A stretch of 64,000 nt of DNA from an uncultured Chloroflexia bacterium (GCA_963724295.1 CAVRUC010000005.1:64001-128000), one strand, 5' to 3'; positions 20,716-31,602 are shown, counted from the first letter of the stretch. The notes: generated by a model not told the origin, from the sequence alone. Program-made: numbers and translations.

Positions 20716-20979
20716 CTACGTTGGGTAAAGAACCAATAGCAGCACGAGCGCTACCGCGATCAGTCCGACCACCCCAACTCCTCGCAGAAACAGATCCGAT
20801 GCGCGTAGCGAATCCGCTGCGCGCCGCTCGTTCTCGGTCACGCGTACCGACCCCTCCCCGATTGCGTCCCATCCCCGCGCCGCGCCATCGGACCGCGATT
20901 CCCAAGTCGCTGTCCGCGGTGTCTCCCGCGACGGGCTCTCAGCCAAGCCGATGGTAAGGGGGCCAGTGGCTTCTGTCAA
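20716..20979 (-). CDS. Small membrane protein
   Basis: 87 aa with C-terminal TM helix; 4-bp overlap with upstream GNAT stop. Confidence 0.55.
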   Translation of the reverse strand: MTEATGPLTIGLAESPSRETPRTATWESRSDGAARGWDAIGEGSVRVTENERRAADSLRASDLFLRGVGVVGLIAVALVLLLVLYPT

Positions 20980-21815
20980 TCAGGGTAGGTGAGTTGCGGT
21001 GCCGGCACTGTTCCAGGGCCGTCAGAAACCTGTCCGGTCCCTCTCTGGTGACTTGCGCGCTCCGCCTTCCGCCTCGTCCGGGTTTCCCGGCGCTCTATCC
21101 GGCGCTGTTGCCGTGCCTGACGTTTGTGCTCCGCCTTGGAATTGCCCGCGGAGTCAGCCTCATCCCTGACTCCGGTCGCCAGAAACGAATCTCGCGACAA
21201 ACGCATTTCGATGACGCGAAGCTCCGTCTTGCGATGTGACACCCATTCCACGTGTTCGCCGCTCACCTGGAAGCCGACCCGGGAATAGGCGGCGATCGCC
21301 CGCTGATTGTGGTTGAAGACCTCGAGCCGAATCTCGCTCAATCCCATGTTCTCGAAGGCTTCTTCCGCCATGAGCCGGGTCGCTTCGGTCCCGTAACCCC
21401 GATCCCAAACGTCTTTCTCACCGATGACGATACGAAAGAGGGCCGAGACCCCATCCCGGCTTCGGGTTCGGTCGGTGAGCGCGGTGGTGCCGATGAGGCG
21501 TTTGCTCTTTCGCTCGTGGATCGCGAAGCAGGTGCCTCTTGCCGAAGACGGCAAGATGAACGTTTCGAAATAGCCACGAGACTGTATCGGGGTCAGCGGC
21601 TCGAGATCGTGTCGCAGCAGCTCAGCGATCTCACGATCCGCGTACCAGCGTTGGAATGCTTCGCGGTTTGCCGGTACGTGCGTTCGCAGGGCAACGAGGC
21701 GCCCCTTTCGCACGAGATCGCCTCGCTCCCGGTCCTCGTCGTCCAGACTGGTCTCCAGGTGCGTTGTCCGAAAGTCGAGACGGCGCCGTAGCCAGCGCTT
21801 GATCATGCCCCGCAT
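20976..21815 (-). CDS. GNAT N-acetyltransferase (RimJ/RimL type) with Arg-rich tail
   Basis: IGEKDVWDRGYGTEA, LEVFNHNQRAIAAYSRVGF. Confidence 0.9.
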   Translation of the reverse strand: MRGMIKRWLRRRLDFRTTHLETSLDDEDRERGDLVRKGRLVALRTHVPANREAFQRWYADREIAELLRHDLEPLTPIQSRGYFETFILPSSARGTCFAIHERKSKRLIGTTALTDRTRSRDGVSALFRIVIGEKDVWDRGYGTEATRLMAEEAFENMGLSEIRLEVFNHNQRAIAAYSRVGFQVSGEHVEWVSHRKTELRVIEMRLSRDSFLATGVRDEADSAGNSKAEHKRQARQQRRIERRETRTRRKAERASHQRGTGQVSDGPGTVPAPQLTYPD

Positions 21816-21866
21816 GGTAGCACCGGCTCGGACGCCGACTCGTGAGTGCGGACGCGGCGAAATGCC

Positions 21867-23009
21867 CTAGATGAGGCCCACCTCGGACAATAGTTCGAGT
21901 GAACCCCGCAGGTCCGCCAGCTCTCCCAGCTCGATTTCTGGATGACCGATCTCGGTCAGCGCGAGGAGCCCCTCGGGCGCGGCAACGCCTTCGATGAGCG
22001 GATACTCGAACGTTTCAGTGGCAAAATATTCCTGCGCTTCGTCCGACAGGAGATAGTCGGCAAATGCCAGCGCAGCGTCCGCATTATCCGCCCCTTCGAT
22101 CAACCCGATCCCTGCTACGTTGATCAGCGACCCGGGATCCCCTGCCTCAAAGAAGTGGTTAGCAACGGGAAAGTCTTCGCCTGCCTCCCGGCCAACGGCG
22201 TACACGTAGTAGTGATTGACCAGGCCGGCATCGATCTCGCCGTTGCCAATGGCCTGGACGATGGCACTGTTACTGTCACCAAAGTTGACGGTTCCGTTGG
22301 CGATCATCTCTTCGAGCCAGGCCCTGACCGCATCGTCGCCATCGATCAAACGGAACGCTGTGATGAATGCCTGGAACGACGCATTTTCCGGGGCCCAGCC
22401 AATCCGGCCCGCCCATACAGGATCGGTCAGGTTCCGCACCGACGCGGGTAGCTCTTCCGCGGCAAGGACCTCGGTGTTGTACGCCAGCACGCGCGCCCGG
22501 CCGGTCACCCCAACCCAGCGTCCTTGCGAGTCACGGAAGCGCTCTTCGACCCGATCGAGAAGCTCAGCGGGAAGTTCCGCGAATCGCCCTTCGTCGGCTA
22601 GCAGCCCGAGTGCGCCAGCGTCCTGGGAGAAAAAGAGATCGGCTCGGGTATTGTCGCCCTCTTCGAGGATGGTCGCCGCCAGCTCTCCGGTGCCGCCATA
22701 GCGGGCGTCGACAGCGATTCCCAACTCTTCGGCGTACTGCTCCACGAGCGGACCGACGAGGGTCTCGTTTCTGCCGGAATAGAGCGTGAAATCGCCGGCG
22801 CCCACGGCATCGCCCGCCTCAGGGTCCGCTTCCGGATCCGCGACCGGGTCCGCTTCCGCCTCAGCCTCGGGTGTTGCGGATTGGGCAGCCGCGGCGAGTG
22901 GACCAGCGAATCCGAGTACCAGCGCGCCGGCCGAAGCTACGACCAGACCGCGACGGTCGATCCGTCTTCCGTTGCGGTCCGCGAAATCTTCGAGCTCCTC
23001 GATCAGCAC
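21867..23009 (-). CDS. Fe(III) ABC transporter substrate-binding protein (FutA/FbpA-like), Tat signal
   Basis: DRRGLV Tat motif; LYSGR, GRARVLAYN, NHYY iron ligands; GGAGGG RBS before GTG 23009. Confidence 0.9.
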   Translation of the reverse strand: MLIEELEDFADRNGRRIDRRGLVVASAGALVLGFAGPLAAAAQSATPEAEAEADPVADPEADPEAGDAVGAGDFTLYSGRNETLVGPLVEQYAEELGIAVDARYGGTGELAATILEEGDNTRADLFFSQDAGALGLLADEGRFAELPAELLDRVEERFRDSQGRWVGVTGRARVLAYNTEVLAAEELPASVRNLTDPVWAGRIGWAPENASFQAFITAFRLIDGDDAVRAWLEEMIANGTVNFGDSNSAIVQAIGNGEIDAGLVNHYYVYAVGREAGEDFPVANHFFEAGDPGSLINVAGIGLIEGADNADAALAFADYLLSDEAQEYFATETFEYPLIEGVAAPEGLLALTEIGHPEIELGELADLRGSLELLSEVGLI

Positions 23010-23305
23010 GTGACAAGACCCTCCTGCAACCGTACCGCCCCGCGCACTGTTCGAGCGCGGACGGCTCACCAATCCATATCCGACTAAACCAGTCGGATAT
23101 ACAAACGGTACGATGCGGATCGCCGGGTCTTCAAGTCGTCACGAGCTTCCGAGCTGCTTCCGCGTCCGGGTTTCGGGAACTCGACAGCACGACCAGTTGG
23201 TCCGATACTGGCTAAAGAAGAAATATGTGTGCCGATGCTGGCCCCGCCGACGCCACGGCGAGGCCAGTTTCGTGCTCCGGATCTCATTGCACTTGAAAGG
23301 CAACC

Positions 23306-24559
23306 GTGTCCAGTCTGGCGCTCACCGGAATTGGGGATAGGACCATCGCTCGAAACGTCATCCTCCTGATCGGCGACGGCATGGGTCAGGCGCATCGTTA
23401 CGCCGCTCAGTTACTCGCCGCCGGTCGTCATGGTCGGCTGGCGATGGACCGGCTGCCGTACTTCGGGCTGATGGGGACGACATCGGCCGACGCGACGTCG
23501 TTCGTCACCGATTCGGCGGCGGCAGCAACTGCAATCGCCGCCGGTGTGAAAACGCTCAACGGCTCAGTTTCCATCGATCGCGATGGACAGGAGCGAACAA
23601 CGATCCTCGAGCTTGCAAAGGCCTCGGGACGATCGGTGGGACTCGTCAGCACCTGTCAGATTACCGATGCGACACCGGCTGCCTTTGCCGCCCACGTGCC
23701 GCACCGGGCTGACCAGAGCGAAGTTGCGCGCCAGTACATCGAACGCACTGGAGCCGATCTGATCCTGGGCGGCGGGGCCGCGCACTGGTTCCCATATGGC
23801 GCAACTTTGCCTGCCAGCATCACGGTTGGCGCGCCATGTCATGGAATCGGGTCAGATGGCGATCTCGTCGCCCTGGCGCGTCAGCTCGGATACGAATTCG
23901 TGACCGACGCCGCCGAGCTGGGCGCGAGTCTGCATCGCCGCCGGCGGGAACCCGCAGGTCCACTACTTGGCCTGTTTGCCGCCCAGGAGTTCTTTGTCCA
24001 GACCGCGGAGGGGTTCGGCGCCATCTACGATCCACCCGTGGCGCTGGCTGATCTGACGGCCGCGGCGATCGAGATCCTTTCCCAGAATCCGAACGGATTC
24101 TTCTTGATGGTCGAAGAGTCGGCGATCGATCGCATGGCGCACCGCAATAATGCTCCGCTCACGTTGAAGGGCGTGCTTGAGTTGGACCGCGCCGTGCAGG
24201 TCGCCTTGGCTTTTGCCGCCCGCGTGCCGGACACATTGATCATCGTCACGGCGGACCATGAATGCGGCGGGCTCGCGGTGGCCGGCTCGGAAGATCAGCC
24301 TTACCCCTACGAACCGGGGGATGGACTTCTGGACACCATGCTCGCCGGCGAGGACGGCCCGTTCCCGGTTGCAGATGAGAGCTACGGGTTCGTTGTAGGC
24401 TGGGCCACGACTGGTCACACGGCGGCGCCGGTGCCGATTACCTCTACTGGGCCCGGTGCGGAGCGATTGACCGGGGCGTTGGAGAACACTGATCTGTTCC
24501 CGGTCATGATGGCGGCCATGGATCTCTCAGGTGTCCTGGCGCGCTCGCGAAGTCGTTGA
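23306..24559 (+). CDS. Alkaline phosphatase (PhoA family), no evident signal peptide
   Basis: IGDGMG, TDSAA (catalytic Ser), ATPAAF, FFLMVE, DRMAH, TADHE, GHT. Confidence 0.93.
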   Translation: MSSLALTGIGDRTIARNVILLIGDGMGQAHRYAAQLLAAGRHGRLAMDRLPYFGLMGTTSADATSFVTDSAAAATAIAAGVKTLNGSVSIDRDGQERTTILELAKASGRSVGLVSTCQITDATPAAFAAHVPHRADQSEVARQYIERTGADLILGGGAAHWFPYGATLPASITVGAPCHGIGSDGDLVALARQLGYEFVTDAAELGASLHRRRREPAGPLLGLFAAQEFFVQTAEGFGAIYDPPVALADLTAAAIEILSQNPNGFFLMVEESAIDRMAHRNNAPLTLKGVLELDRAVQVALAFAARVPDTLIIVTADHECGGLAVAGSEDQPYPYEPGDGLLDTMLAGEDGPFPVADESYGFVVGWATTGHTAAPVPITSTGPGAERLTGALENTDLFPVMMAAMDLSGVLARSRSR

Positions 24560-24582
24560 GCAGCTGCGCGAAACATCAGCCG

Positions 24583-25620
24583 TCATCCCCCGCCGAAGTG
24601 GTCAAAAGCTCCGGACGAAACCGTGCGCGGCGTGCCATCGCGTCCCACGAGCTCGATGGCCTGCAGGCCTGCTTCGCCGGCCACAATCTCACCTATTGCG
24701 GTGACTGAACCTCCCAATGTCCGCGCCGCGGCCTCGATCGCATCCCACGTGTGGCGCGGCGCGGTGAAAAGCAATTCGTAGTCCTCACCACCGCGCAACG
24801 CCATATCGACCCACTCGCCGGGGAACAAGGCTCGCACCGCGGCGGCAACCGGGACGGCAGCTTCATCCACCCGTGCGCCGACTCCACTTGCGGCCAAGAT
24901 CTTGGGCAGATCGCCGAGGAGGCCGTCACTCAGGTCCATCGCCGAGGTGGCCCCGTGTTCGAGCAGCGTTGCGCCAAGCGTCACTCTCGGTTCGGGCTTG
25001 AGATGCGCCCCGATAAGCTGATCGGATGTTGCGGCGCCACGCCGCGGATCCGCGGCGTCGAGTCCGAGCAGTCGTAACCCGGCTGCCGAAGCCCCGAGCG
25101 TACCCGTCACCCCGATCAAATCGTCGACGTTCGCACCCGAGCGGGTCAGGACCCGCCTTCCCCGGGTTTCCCCAAGAGCGGTCACGTGAACGACCATTCC
25201 GCGTGGCGAGCGGACAATGTCGCCACCGGCGATTGCCATTTTGTACCGTCGCGCAAGCGCTCCCAGTCCCCGATAGAACGCCTGAAGATCTCCGACGCGT
25301 TCGGTCCCGTCGAGCCCGAGCGATACGACAGCAAGCCTTGGAATCGCCCCCATCGCCGCGAGGTCCGAGACATTCACAGCCAGGCTCTTGTGGCCGAGAC
25401 TCTCCCAGTCTGTCCAATCACGGCGAAAATGCACGTCCTCGATCAGACTGTCAGTCGTCACCACGACTCGCTCGCCCGGTGCCGGCTGCCAGACCGCCGC
25501 GTCGTCGCCAATCCCTAATTCGAGGTCGGTGCCGGCTCGCACTTCGGCCGGAAGAGATGCGGCAAGAAGCTCGATAAGTGCAAACTCGCCGACATCGCGA
25601 ATACGACGCTTGTCAGTCAC
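24583..25620 (-). CDS. thiL: Thiamine-monophosphate kinase
   Basis: GEFALI, GIGDDAAV, NVSDLAAMG, GGD, MDLSDGL, GGEDYELLF. Confidence 0.96.
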   Translation of the reverse strand: MTDKRRIRDVGEFALIELLAASLPAEVRAGTDLELGIGDDAAVWQPAPGERVVVTTDSLIEDVHFRRDWTDWESLGHKSLAVNVSDLAAMGAIPRLAVVSLGLDGTERVGDLQAFYRGLGALARRYKMAIAGGDIVRSPRGMVVHVTALGETRGRRVLTRSGANVDDLIGVTGTLGASAAGLRLLGLDAADPRRGAATSDQLIGAHLKPEPRVTLGATLLEHGATSAMDLSDGLLGDLPKILAASGVGARVDEAAVPVAAAVRALFPGEWVDMALRGGEDYELLFTAPRHTWDAIEAAARTLGGSVTAIGEIVAGEAGLQAIELVGRDGTPRTVSSGAFDHFGGG

Positions 25621-25764
25621 CCGCCCGCATCTCGAGTCTCCCCTGTCCGGTAAGCCGGGTTCGTGGGGCTGGTAGCATAGCGCTCACGTTGGGCTCGGTT
25701 TGCCCTGGTCGACTCACGCCATTCTCCCTGGAGTAGCACCCTGACCGCACCGGCTGGCACCGCA

Positions 25765-28700
25765 GTGAGCACGGAACTCCTCGAACGATCCGCCGCACTG
25801 GCGGATGTTGCATCTGTCGGCGAACCCGGCCGATTCGACGACGCCATCGCCCAGTTTGAATCGCACTACCCATTTGCGCTCGATGCGTTCCAACGGGAGG
25901 CCATCCAGACTCTGCTCTCCGGTGACTCCGTCATGGTGGCGGCCCCGACCGGCACCGGCAAGACCGTGGTCGCCGAATTCGGCGTGTGGGAAGCGTTCAA
26001 GCGGACCGGCCGCGTCATCTACACCACGCCAATCAAAGCGCTCTCGAATCAGAAATATCGCGATCTGCGCACGATCTACGGCGACCAGGTCGGGCTCCTC
26101 ACCGGCGACGTGTCCGAGAACCGCGAAGCTCGCGTCGTGATCATGACCACCGAAGTGTTGCGGAACATGCTCTTGCAAACGCCCTGGGATCTAGACGATG
26201 TCGACACAGTGATCTTCGACGAGATTCATTATCTTGCCGATCCGGAGCGAGGCACGACCTGGGAAGAATCAATCATCCTCTGCCCCGATCACGTGCAGCT
26301 CATTTGCCTCTCCGCGACCATCAATAACGCGGACGAGATCGCGGCCTGGATCAGCCGCACGCATCGGCCGATCCGCCTTATCACTCACACCGAGCGAGCC
26401 GTGCCCCTGGCGCTGCACTATTTCATCGACGGCAAGCTCAATCTCGTGGTCGACCATACCGGAGCCAGAGTGCGGGACTTTCCCCACACGGGCGGCGAGT
26501 TGCGCCGCCAGGCGGCACGCGGCGGCTTCGCCAAGCAACGCGCCGAGCGCAGTACGCCCGAGATGGACGAACCGCAGCCGCGCGAGATCGTCGACGCCCT
26601 CGCCGCGAAAGACATGTTGCCGGCTATCTACTTTCTCTTCAGCCGAAATGACTGTCAGGCGTTCGCGGAGCGACTCGCGGTCATGCGACCGAATCTGGTT
26701 ACCGAACGCCAGGTTGGTCTCATCGACCAGACGATCGAGGCCATCCTGGCGGGGATGCGCCCCGAAGACCGGGAACTGCAGCAGGTCCAGACCATGACGG
26801 CCCTCGCTCGCAAGGGCATCGGGTTCCACCACGCCGGGTTGCTCCCCATCCTGAAGCAACTCGTCGAGGTGCTGTTCACGCGCGGCCTGATGGAAGTCGT
26901 CTTCGCCACCGATACCCTTGCCCTCGGCATCAACATGCCCGCGCGCACCGTCGTCATTGGCCGCATGAGCAAATGGGATGGCCGCCGCCGTCGCATGCTG
27001 ATCCCGAACGAGTTCCAGCAGATGGCGGGCCGGGCGGGACGCCGGGGCATGGACCCCTTCGGCCACGTCGTCGTCCCCTACTCGCCCTGGTTTACCTTCC
27101 GCGAGACCCTCGACATCGCCACCGGCGAACTCCACCCCGTCCAGTCCGCGTTCGCCATTCGCTACAACACCGTCCTCAACCTCTGGGATCCCCCGCTCGG
27201 GGAGCGGGTGCGCGCCTTGCTCCAGCAGAGCCTGGCTCAATTCCAGTCCAGCCAGCGCATTCGCGATCTGGAAGATCAGATCATCGCCCTCGGCGAAGAG
27301 ATCGATCGCATTCCGCAAGGCTGTCTCATCGGTCTGGAAGGTGGCGAAGAACTTCTCGAGGATTACCGCCGGGTCAACCGGTCCCTGGCCGCCGCTCAAA
27401 GTAAGGAGCGCCGGCTCGAGGGCGAGCGATCGAGTGTTCACCGGGATCTGCAAGCGACCACGCCGTGGACTGAGCCAGGTCGCCAGGCGCTCCGCCGCGC
27501 GTTCCGTGCCGCCCAACCTGGCACGATCGCCCACGCGCGTGACGGCGGTTGGGGCATTTTGCTCGGCAAAGGCTCCATTGGTGGTGTCGGGCGATTTCTT
27601 TTCCGGGACGGCTCGATCCGACTATTGACGGAGTACCGTCAGATCGACCACTTGACCGAGAAGCGCATCGAACTCCCGGCGGAATTCCAGAACCCGCCGG
27701 AAGACGTCACTGACGGTGTCGCACTCGGCGGCAAGCGCCGGCTAAACAGCCTCTGGAAGATCGTCGACAACTTGGGCCTGCCCGATCTCGATGCTATGGC
27801 GGCAGAGCATCGCGCGATCGAGGAAGAGCGCGCCGCCTCGCGCATTCTCGCCCTGGATGGCGATGTCGCCGAGGCCGTGACCCAGGCGCGATCTCTCTGG
27901 CAAGAACGGCAGAGTCACCCCTGCCACGAGTGCCCGCGGCGCAACGAGCATCGCGACTATCTCGCCCAGGTCGACCGTCTCGACAAGGATCGCCGCGCCC
28001 TCGAAGAAGAGCTCGGCCGGGAAATCGACCTCGAAGAGGAACGGTTGCGCAATGTCATTCGAGGCATCCGCAACGTGCTGCATCGGTTCGGCTATCTGCA
28101 TCGGGGCTATCCAACCGAGAAGGCGGACATGCTCGCCGAGGTGTTCGACAACGATGGCCTGATCCTCTGCGAATTGGTCGACCGCGGCGTGCTCGACAAT
28201 CTCCCTCCCGAAGATTTGGCAGAGCTCTTCTCCTGGTTCTCGTTCGACCGCGAGTTCCGCTACGGTAACCGCTTTGTCCTACCAGATCGACTCGTACTCG
28301 CCCGCCGCCGAATCGAGGATGTTGAGCACGCGGTGTTGAGCGAGGAGCGGGGCGAAGGATTGGCCATCTCCGAGGGGCACAATCCCAACTTCTATGGCGC
28401 CGCGCGCGCCTGGTCCCGTGGCGCCACGATGGCTGAGATCAGCGCCCAGATCGAACTGTCCGAAGGCGATCTGGTCATGACGTTCAACAAGACCATTGAT
28501 CTCATGCGTCAGATCTGGGAGATGCTCGTCAACGTCAAGCCGGAGCATCCATTACGCACCAGGTTGCAGCAGGCAGAGTCACTGCTGCGCCGAGATATTG
28601 TCGAGCACTCCTTGGCCCTTGGCTTCGCCCCGATCGAGCTCCCGGAGATCGCCCGTGGCGAGCTCGAGGCCGCGAAAGCCGAGCGCCCTGCAGCCGCTCG

Positions 28701-28935
28701 ACGTGGTGCCCAAGCGGGGCGAGGAACTCCTCGGTCAGGTAATGAAGAAAACGGCCCCCGCGACAAGCGGCGTGCCGCAGGTTCCCCCCGCGGTTCGGCC
28801 ACCACACCGGACGGGCACGACGCTTCCCGGAAGAAAGGCAGGAGAGCACCGTCGCGTCGCGCGCCCGACGAGCCGACGGAGTCGAAGGTAGGTCCGTCGC
28901 GTCCGCGCCGGGGTCGGGGCTCTTCGTCAAACTAA
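25765..28935 (+). CDS. helY: Ski2-like DEAD/DEAH-box RNA helicase (HelY family)
   Basis: APTGTGKT, PIKALSNQK, DEIH, LSAT, QMAGRAGRRG, DSHCT-type C-terminus. Confidence 0.9.
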   Translation: MSTELLERSAALADVASVGEPGRFDDAIAQFESHYPFALDAFQREAIQTLLSGDSVMVAAPTGTGKTVVAEFGVWEAFKRTGRVIYTTPIKALSNQKYRDLRTIYGDQVGLLTGDVSENREARVVIMTTEVLRNMLLQTPWDLDDVDTVIFDEIHYLADPERGTTWEESIILCPDHVQLICLSATINNADEIAAWISRTHRPIRLITHTERAVPLALHYFIDGKLNLVVDHTGARVRDFPHTGGELRRQAARGGFAKQRAERSTPEMDEPQPREIVDALAAKDMLPAIYFLFSRNDCQAFAERLAVMRPNLVTERQVGLIDQTIEAILAGMRPEDRELQQVQTMTALARKGIGFHHAGLLPILKQLVEVLFTRGLMEVVFATDTLALGINMPARTVVIGRMSKWDGRRRRMLIPNEFQQMAGRAGRRGMDPFGHVVVPYSPWFTFRETLDIATGELHPVQSAFAIRYNTVLNLWDPPLGERVRALLQQSLAQFQSSQRIRDLEDQIIALGEEIDRIPQGCLIGLEGGEELLEDYRRVNRSLAAAQSKERRLEGERSSVHRDLQATTPWTEPGRQALRRAFRAAQPGTIAHARDGGWGILLGKGSIGGVGRFLFRDGSIRLLTEYRQIDHLTEKRIELPAEFQNPPEDVTDGVALGGKRRLNSLWKIVDNLGLPDLDAMAAEHRAIEEERAASRILALDGDVAEAVTQARSLWQERQSHPCHECPRRNEHRDYLAQVDRLDKDRRALEEELGREIDLEEERLRNVIRGIRNVLHRFGYLHRGYPTEKADMLAEVFDNDGLILCELVDRGVLDNLPPEDLAELFSWFSFDREFRYGNRFVLPDRLVLARRRIEDVEHAVLSEERGEGLAISEGHNPNFYGAARAWSRGATMAEISAQIELSEGDLVMTFNKTIDLMRQIWEMLVNVKPEHPLRTRLQQAESLLRRDIVEHSLALGFAPIELPEIARGELEAAKAERPAAARRGAQAGRGTPRSGNEENGPRDKRRAAGSPRGSATTPDGHDASRKKGRRAPSRRAPDEPTESKVGPSRPRRGRGSSSN

Positions 28936-29180
28936 CGCAGCAGGAGCCAGACTGCGAGCCCGATGCAGGCAGTGGCTAGCGCCAGGTTGATGCCAATCGC
29001 AGGTCGAAGCCAGCGATGGACCTGCTCGGGAGCTCCGGGAAGCGCGCCAGCAAGCAAGTACGACCCCGCTCCAAGCGCTACTGCCATGACGAACAGTCCC
29101 ACCTCTGTGCGAAACAGCAATGCGATGAATGGCGCCGCCAGGATGGCCGCCGCCAGGACCGTAGCTCGCAGTCGATCCAA
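28932..29180 (-). CDS. Small integral membrane protein
   Basis: 82 aa, about three hydrophobic segments; convergent 4-bp overlap with helicase stop. Confidence 0.6.
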   Translation of the reverse strand: MDRLRATVLAAAILAAPFIALLFRTEVGLFVMAVALGAGSYLLAGALPGAPEQVHRWLRPAIGINLALATACIGLAVWLLLR

Positions 29181-29325
29181 ATCGGCCCCCTAGCTCCCGG
29201 CCGCTTCCTACGGCGATATCGGTGCGTGCACAAACGTCCAAGCAAGCCTGCCCCGCCATCCGCTACGATTGCGCTGGCATGGCCGCCGCGCCCGGCCGCG
29301 GCTTGGTAGGTCGCAGAGGCGTACG

Positions 29326-31041
29326 ATGACATTCTGCACCGCCTGTGCTTCACCACTTGTAGCGCCCACTCAGTCGTGTCCAACGTGCGGCGCGCTGCAT
29401 CCACCTGTGCTCGACTTGCGTGGCTCGCGACTACTGGGTGATGCCCCTGCGAAGCAGTCTGCCCTCATCCGCCTGCTCTATCTGGCGCCGATCCTTCTGC
29501 TCTTTGCTGTCGCCGGCGGGCTCGTGCAGCGCCACACTGCCCAGCAACAGGCGCTGGCCTCAGCGTACGCCGCCGCTCAGGACGCCGCCAGAGCTGGGGA
29601 TATCGTCGCGGCGCGTGAAGGATTCGCGGCCCTGGTCGGGTACCGGGATGCCGCCGCGCAAGCTCGCGAGATCGAGACTCGCCTCGAACCTCTGGAGGCG
29701 GCCTACCTGGACGGACTCCAGGCCATCGAACGCGGGAACTACGCCGCCGCCGTCGAACTGCTGGCGCCGGTAGCGGAACAGGCGCCCGGGCTCAGGGATA
29801 CCGCGACACGGCTCGAAGATGCGCAGCGTCTCCTCGTCGCCGAGCTGCGGCGAGACGTCGATGCAGCCGAGACCGTTCGCGACTGGCCGGCCGCTGAGCG
29901 GACATTGCGGGATCTGGTCGCACTGGACGCTTCTGACGACAGCTCACGCCGTCGGCTGGGTCTCTTGCAACGCGAGCATGGCCCGGTCGTCCTCGGTAAC
30001 GATCGCGCGCTCTGGCTGGTGGCGCCGGACGGAAGCGAGCCCCGCCAGCTCACCGATGCCGTCCACGTCATCTGGCCAGTGTGGAGTCCGGATCGTTCGC
30101 AGATCGCTTTCCTGGCGCCTGATCCTGAGGACCCCATGGGCGACGTCTCCCTCTATCGAATAGCCGTCGACGGATCAACGCCGGAGCGCTTGGTCGACGG
30201 CGTCTCGGCGCACGCCGCTCCGTCGTGGAGTCCCGACGGCGCCCGTATCGCCTATACGAGCTTTGCTGGCTACGACCCGGTCTATGAGTCAGGAGCGATC
30301 AGTGTTCGCGTCTTCGACATCGAGAGCGGCGAGGAGACCGACGTGACCGGGAACGAGTACTCGCTTGCCTTTAACCCATCGTGGTCCCCCGACGGCTCTC
30401 AGATCGCCTTCATCGTCAAGCACCAGGGATTGGGCGAACGCCCGCAACACGCACCTGGCGATGTCATGGTCGCCAATCTGGAGCGATCGGATGACGAATT
30501 CGAGAACATGACTGACGGTGCGGTGCGCGACGTTTGGAGCGTTTCCTGGTCACCACAAGGCGATGAGCTGCTTCTGTACAGTCTCTTCGGTCAGACGTGG
30601 TACGAGCCGCCATCGACGTCGATCCGGATGCTGAACCGTGACACGGGAGAAATCGACCAACTAGCCGGCCTCGATGAGCGGCCGACGATGCCGGTCTGGG
30701 CTCCGGATGGAACCAGATTTGCCTTCACCACCAACGAGAAGTCGATCGTGGTTGCCAATTCCACTGGCAATCAACATGAGCTGGAGGCCGACGAGGCCCT
30801 CTCGGGCGAGATCACATGGAGTCCGGACGGTCAGGCGCTGCTCCTTGCACCCTGGGACGCCGACACGTCGAGCACGCTTGTCGACTTTTCTGGCGCCGAT
30901 CCGGTCATGTCAAGCGTCCGTTTCGAATTTGACGCCAGTCCGCCATTCATCTCGCCCCCGCAGTGGGCGCCCGCGGTCGCACTGCCGCCAGATCAGAACG
31001 CGGCGGTGATCCCGCCGGCCGGTGGGCCACCGCTTTCGTGA
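29326..31041 (+). CDS. Zinc-ribbon/TM/TPR-like protein with TolB-like (PD40) beta-propeller
   Basis: FCTAC..SCPTCG; TM; helical region; repeated WSPDG/WAPDG motifs. Confidence 0.85.
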   Translation: MTFCTACASPLVAPTQSCPTCGALHPPVLDLRGSRLLGDAPAKQSALIRLLYLAPILLLFAVAGGLVQRHTAQQQALASAYAAAQDAARAGDIVAAREGFAALVGYRDAAAQAREIETRLEPLEAAYLDGLQAIERGNYAAAVELLAPVAEQAPGLRDTATRLEDAQRLLVAELRRDVDAAETVRDWPAAERTLRDLVALDASDDSSRRRLGLLQREHGPVVLGNDRALWLVAPDGSEPRQLTDAVHVIWPVWSPDRSQIAFLAPDPEDPMGDVSLYRIAVDGSTPERLVDGVSAHAAPSWSPDGARIAYTSFAGYDPVYESGAISVRVFDIESGEETDVTGNEYSLAFNPSWSPDGSQIAFIVKHQGLGERPQHAPGDVMVANLERSDDEFENMTDGAVRDVWSVSWSPQGDELLLYSLFGQTWYEPPSTSIRMLNRDTGEIDQLAGLDERPTMPVWAPDGTRFAFTTNEKSIVVANSTGNQHELEADEALSGEITWSPDGQALLLAPWDADTSSTLVDFSGADPVMSSVRFEFDASPPFISPPQWAPAVALPPDQNAAVIPPAGGPPLS

Positions 31042-31589
31042 CGACCGGACCTCGGAACGCGCCAGCTCAACATGGCGGCACCGTTGCCGCGTGGGAAGTC
31101 GTCACCCGCAGTCCGGCCGAGACCGTTGCCATCGGCAACGCCTTAGCCGGTTATCTCCAGGATGGTGATGTCGTGCTACTCCACGGCGATCTCGGCGCCG
31201 GAAAGACCACGTTGGCCAAGGGGATTGCCGCCGCACTGGGAGTCGGCGATGTGGTATCCAGCCCATCGTTCTCGCTCGTCAACGAGTACGACACCGAGTC
31301 GGCCGTGGCTGTCTCGCGCCTCTTTCATCTTGACCTCTACCGCCTTCGGGATGAGGAAGATCTGGCGTCAATTGGGTTCGACGACCTCATAATGTCCACC
31401 GACGGCGTGGTGCTCGTGGAGTGGCCCGAGCGAGCAGCGGCGGTGCTGCCCGAGCGCTTTCTCTTGATCGAGATCGAAACAGTCGGATCCGGCCAACGGC
31501 GCCTGCGGTTCGTTCCCAGTCCCGATGACGATGGCTGGATGGACCGGTTCCAGCGCCTACGATCAGGCCTTGCCCCGGACCCAACGTGA
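31038..31589 (+). CDS. tsaE: tRNA t6A37 biosynthesis ATPase
   Basis: GDLGAGKTT, SSPSFSLVNEY, HLDLYRL, VEWPE; GTGA overlap with upstream stop. Confidence 0.95.
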   Translation: MTTGPRNAPAQHGGTVAAWEVVTRSPAETVAIGNALAGYLQDGDVVLLHGDLGAGKTTLAKGIAAALGVGDVVSSPSFSLVNEYDTESAVAVSRLFHLDLYRLRDEEDLASIGFDDLIMSTDGVVLVEWPERAAAVLPERFLLIEIETVGSGQRRLRFVPSPDDDGWMDRFQRLRSGLAPDPT

Positions 31590-31602
31590 CCGGCTGCCGG
31601 TC

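Noticed and set aside
25621..25764. TPP or c-di-GMP-I riboswitch upstream of thiL (GGGCAAACC on the minus strand)
   Set aside because: No CUGAGA/ACCUGAU TPP core; the GGGCAAACC lacks the GNRA hairpin and GACGCAAAGC that should follow.
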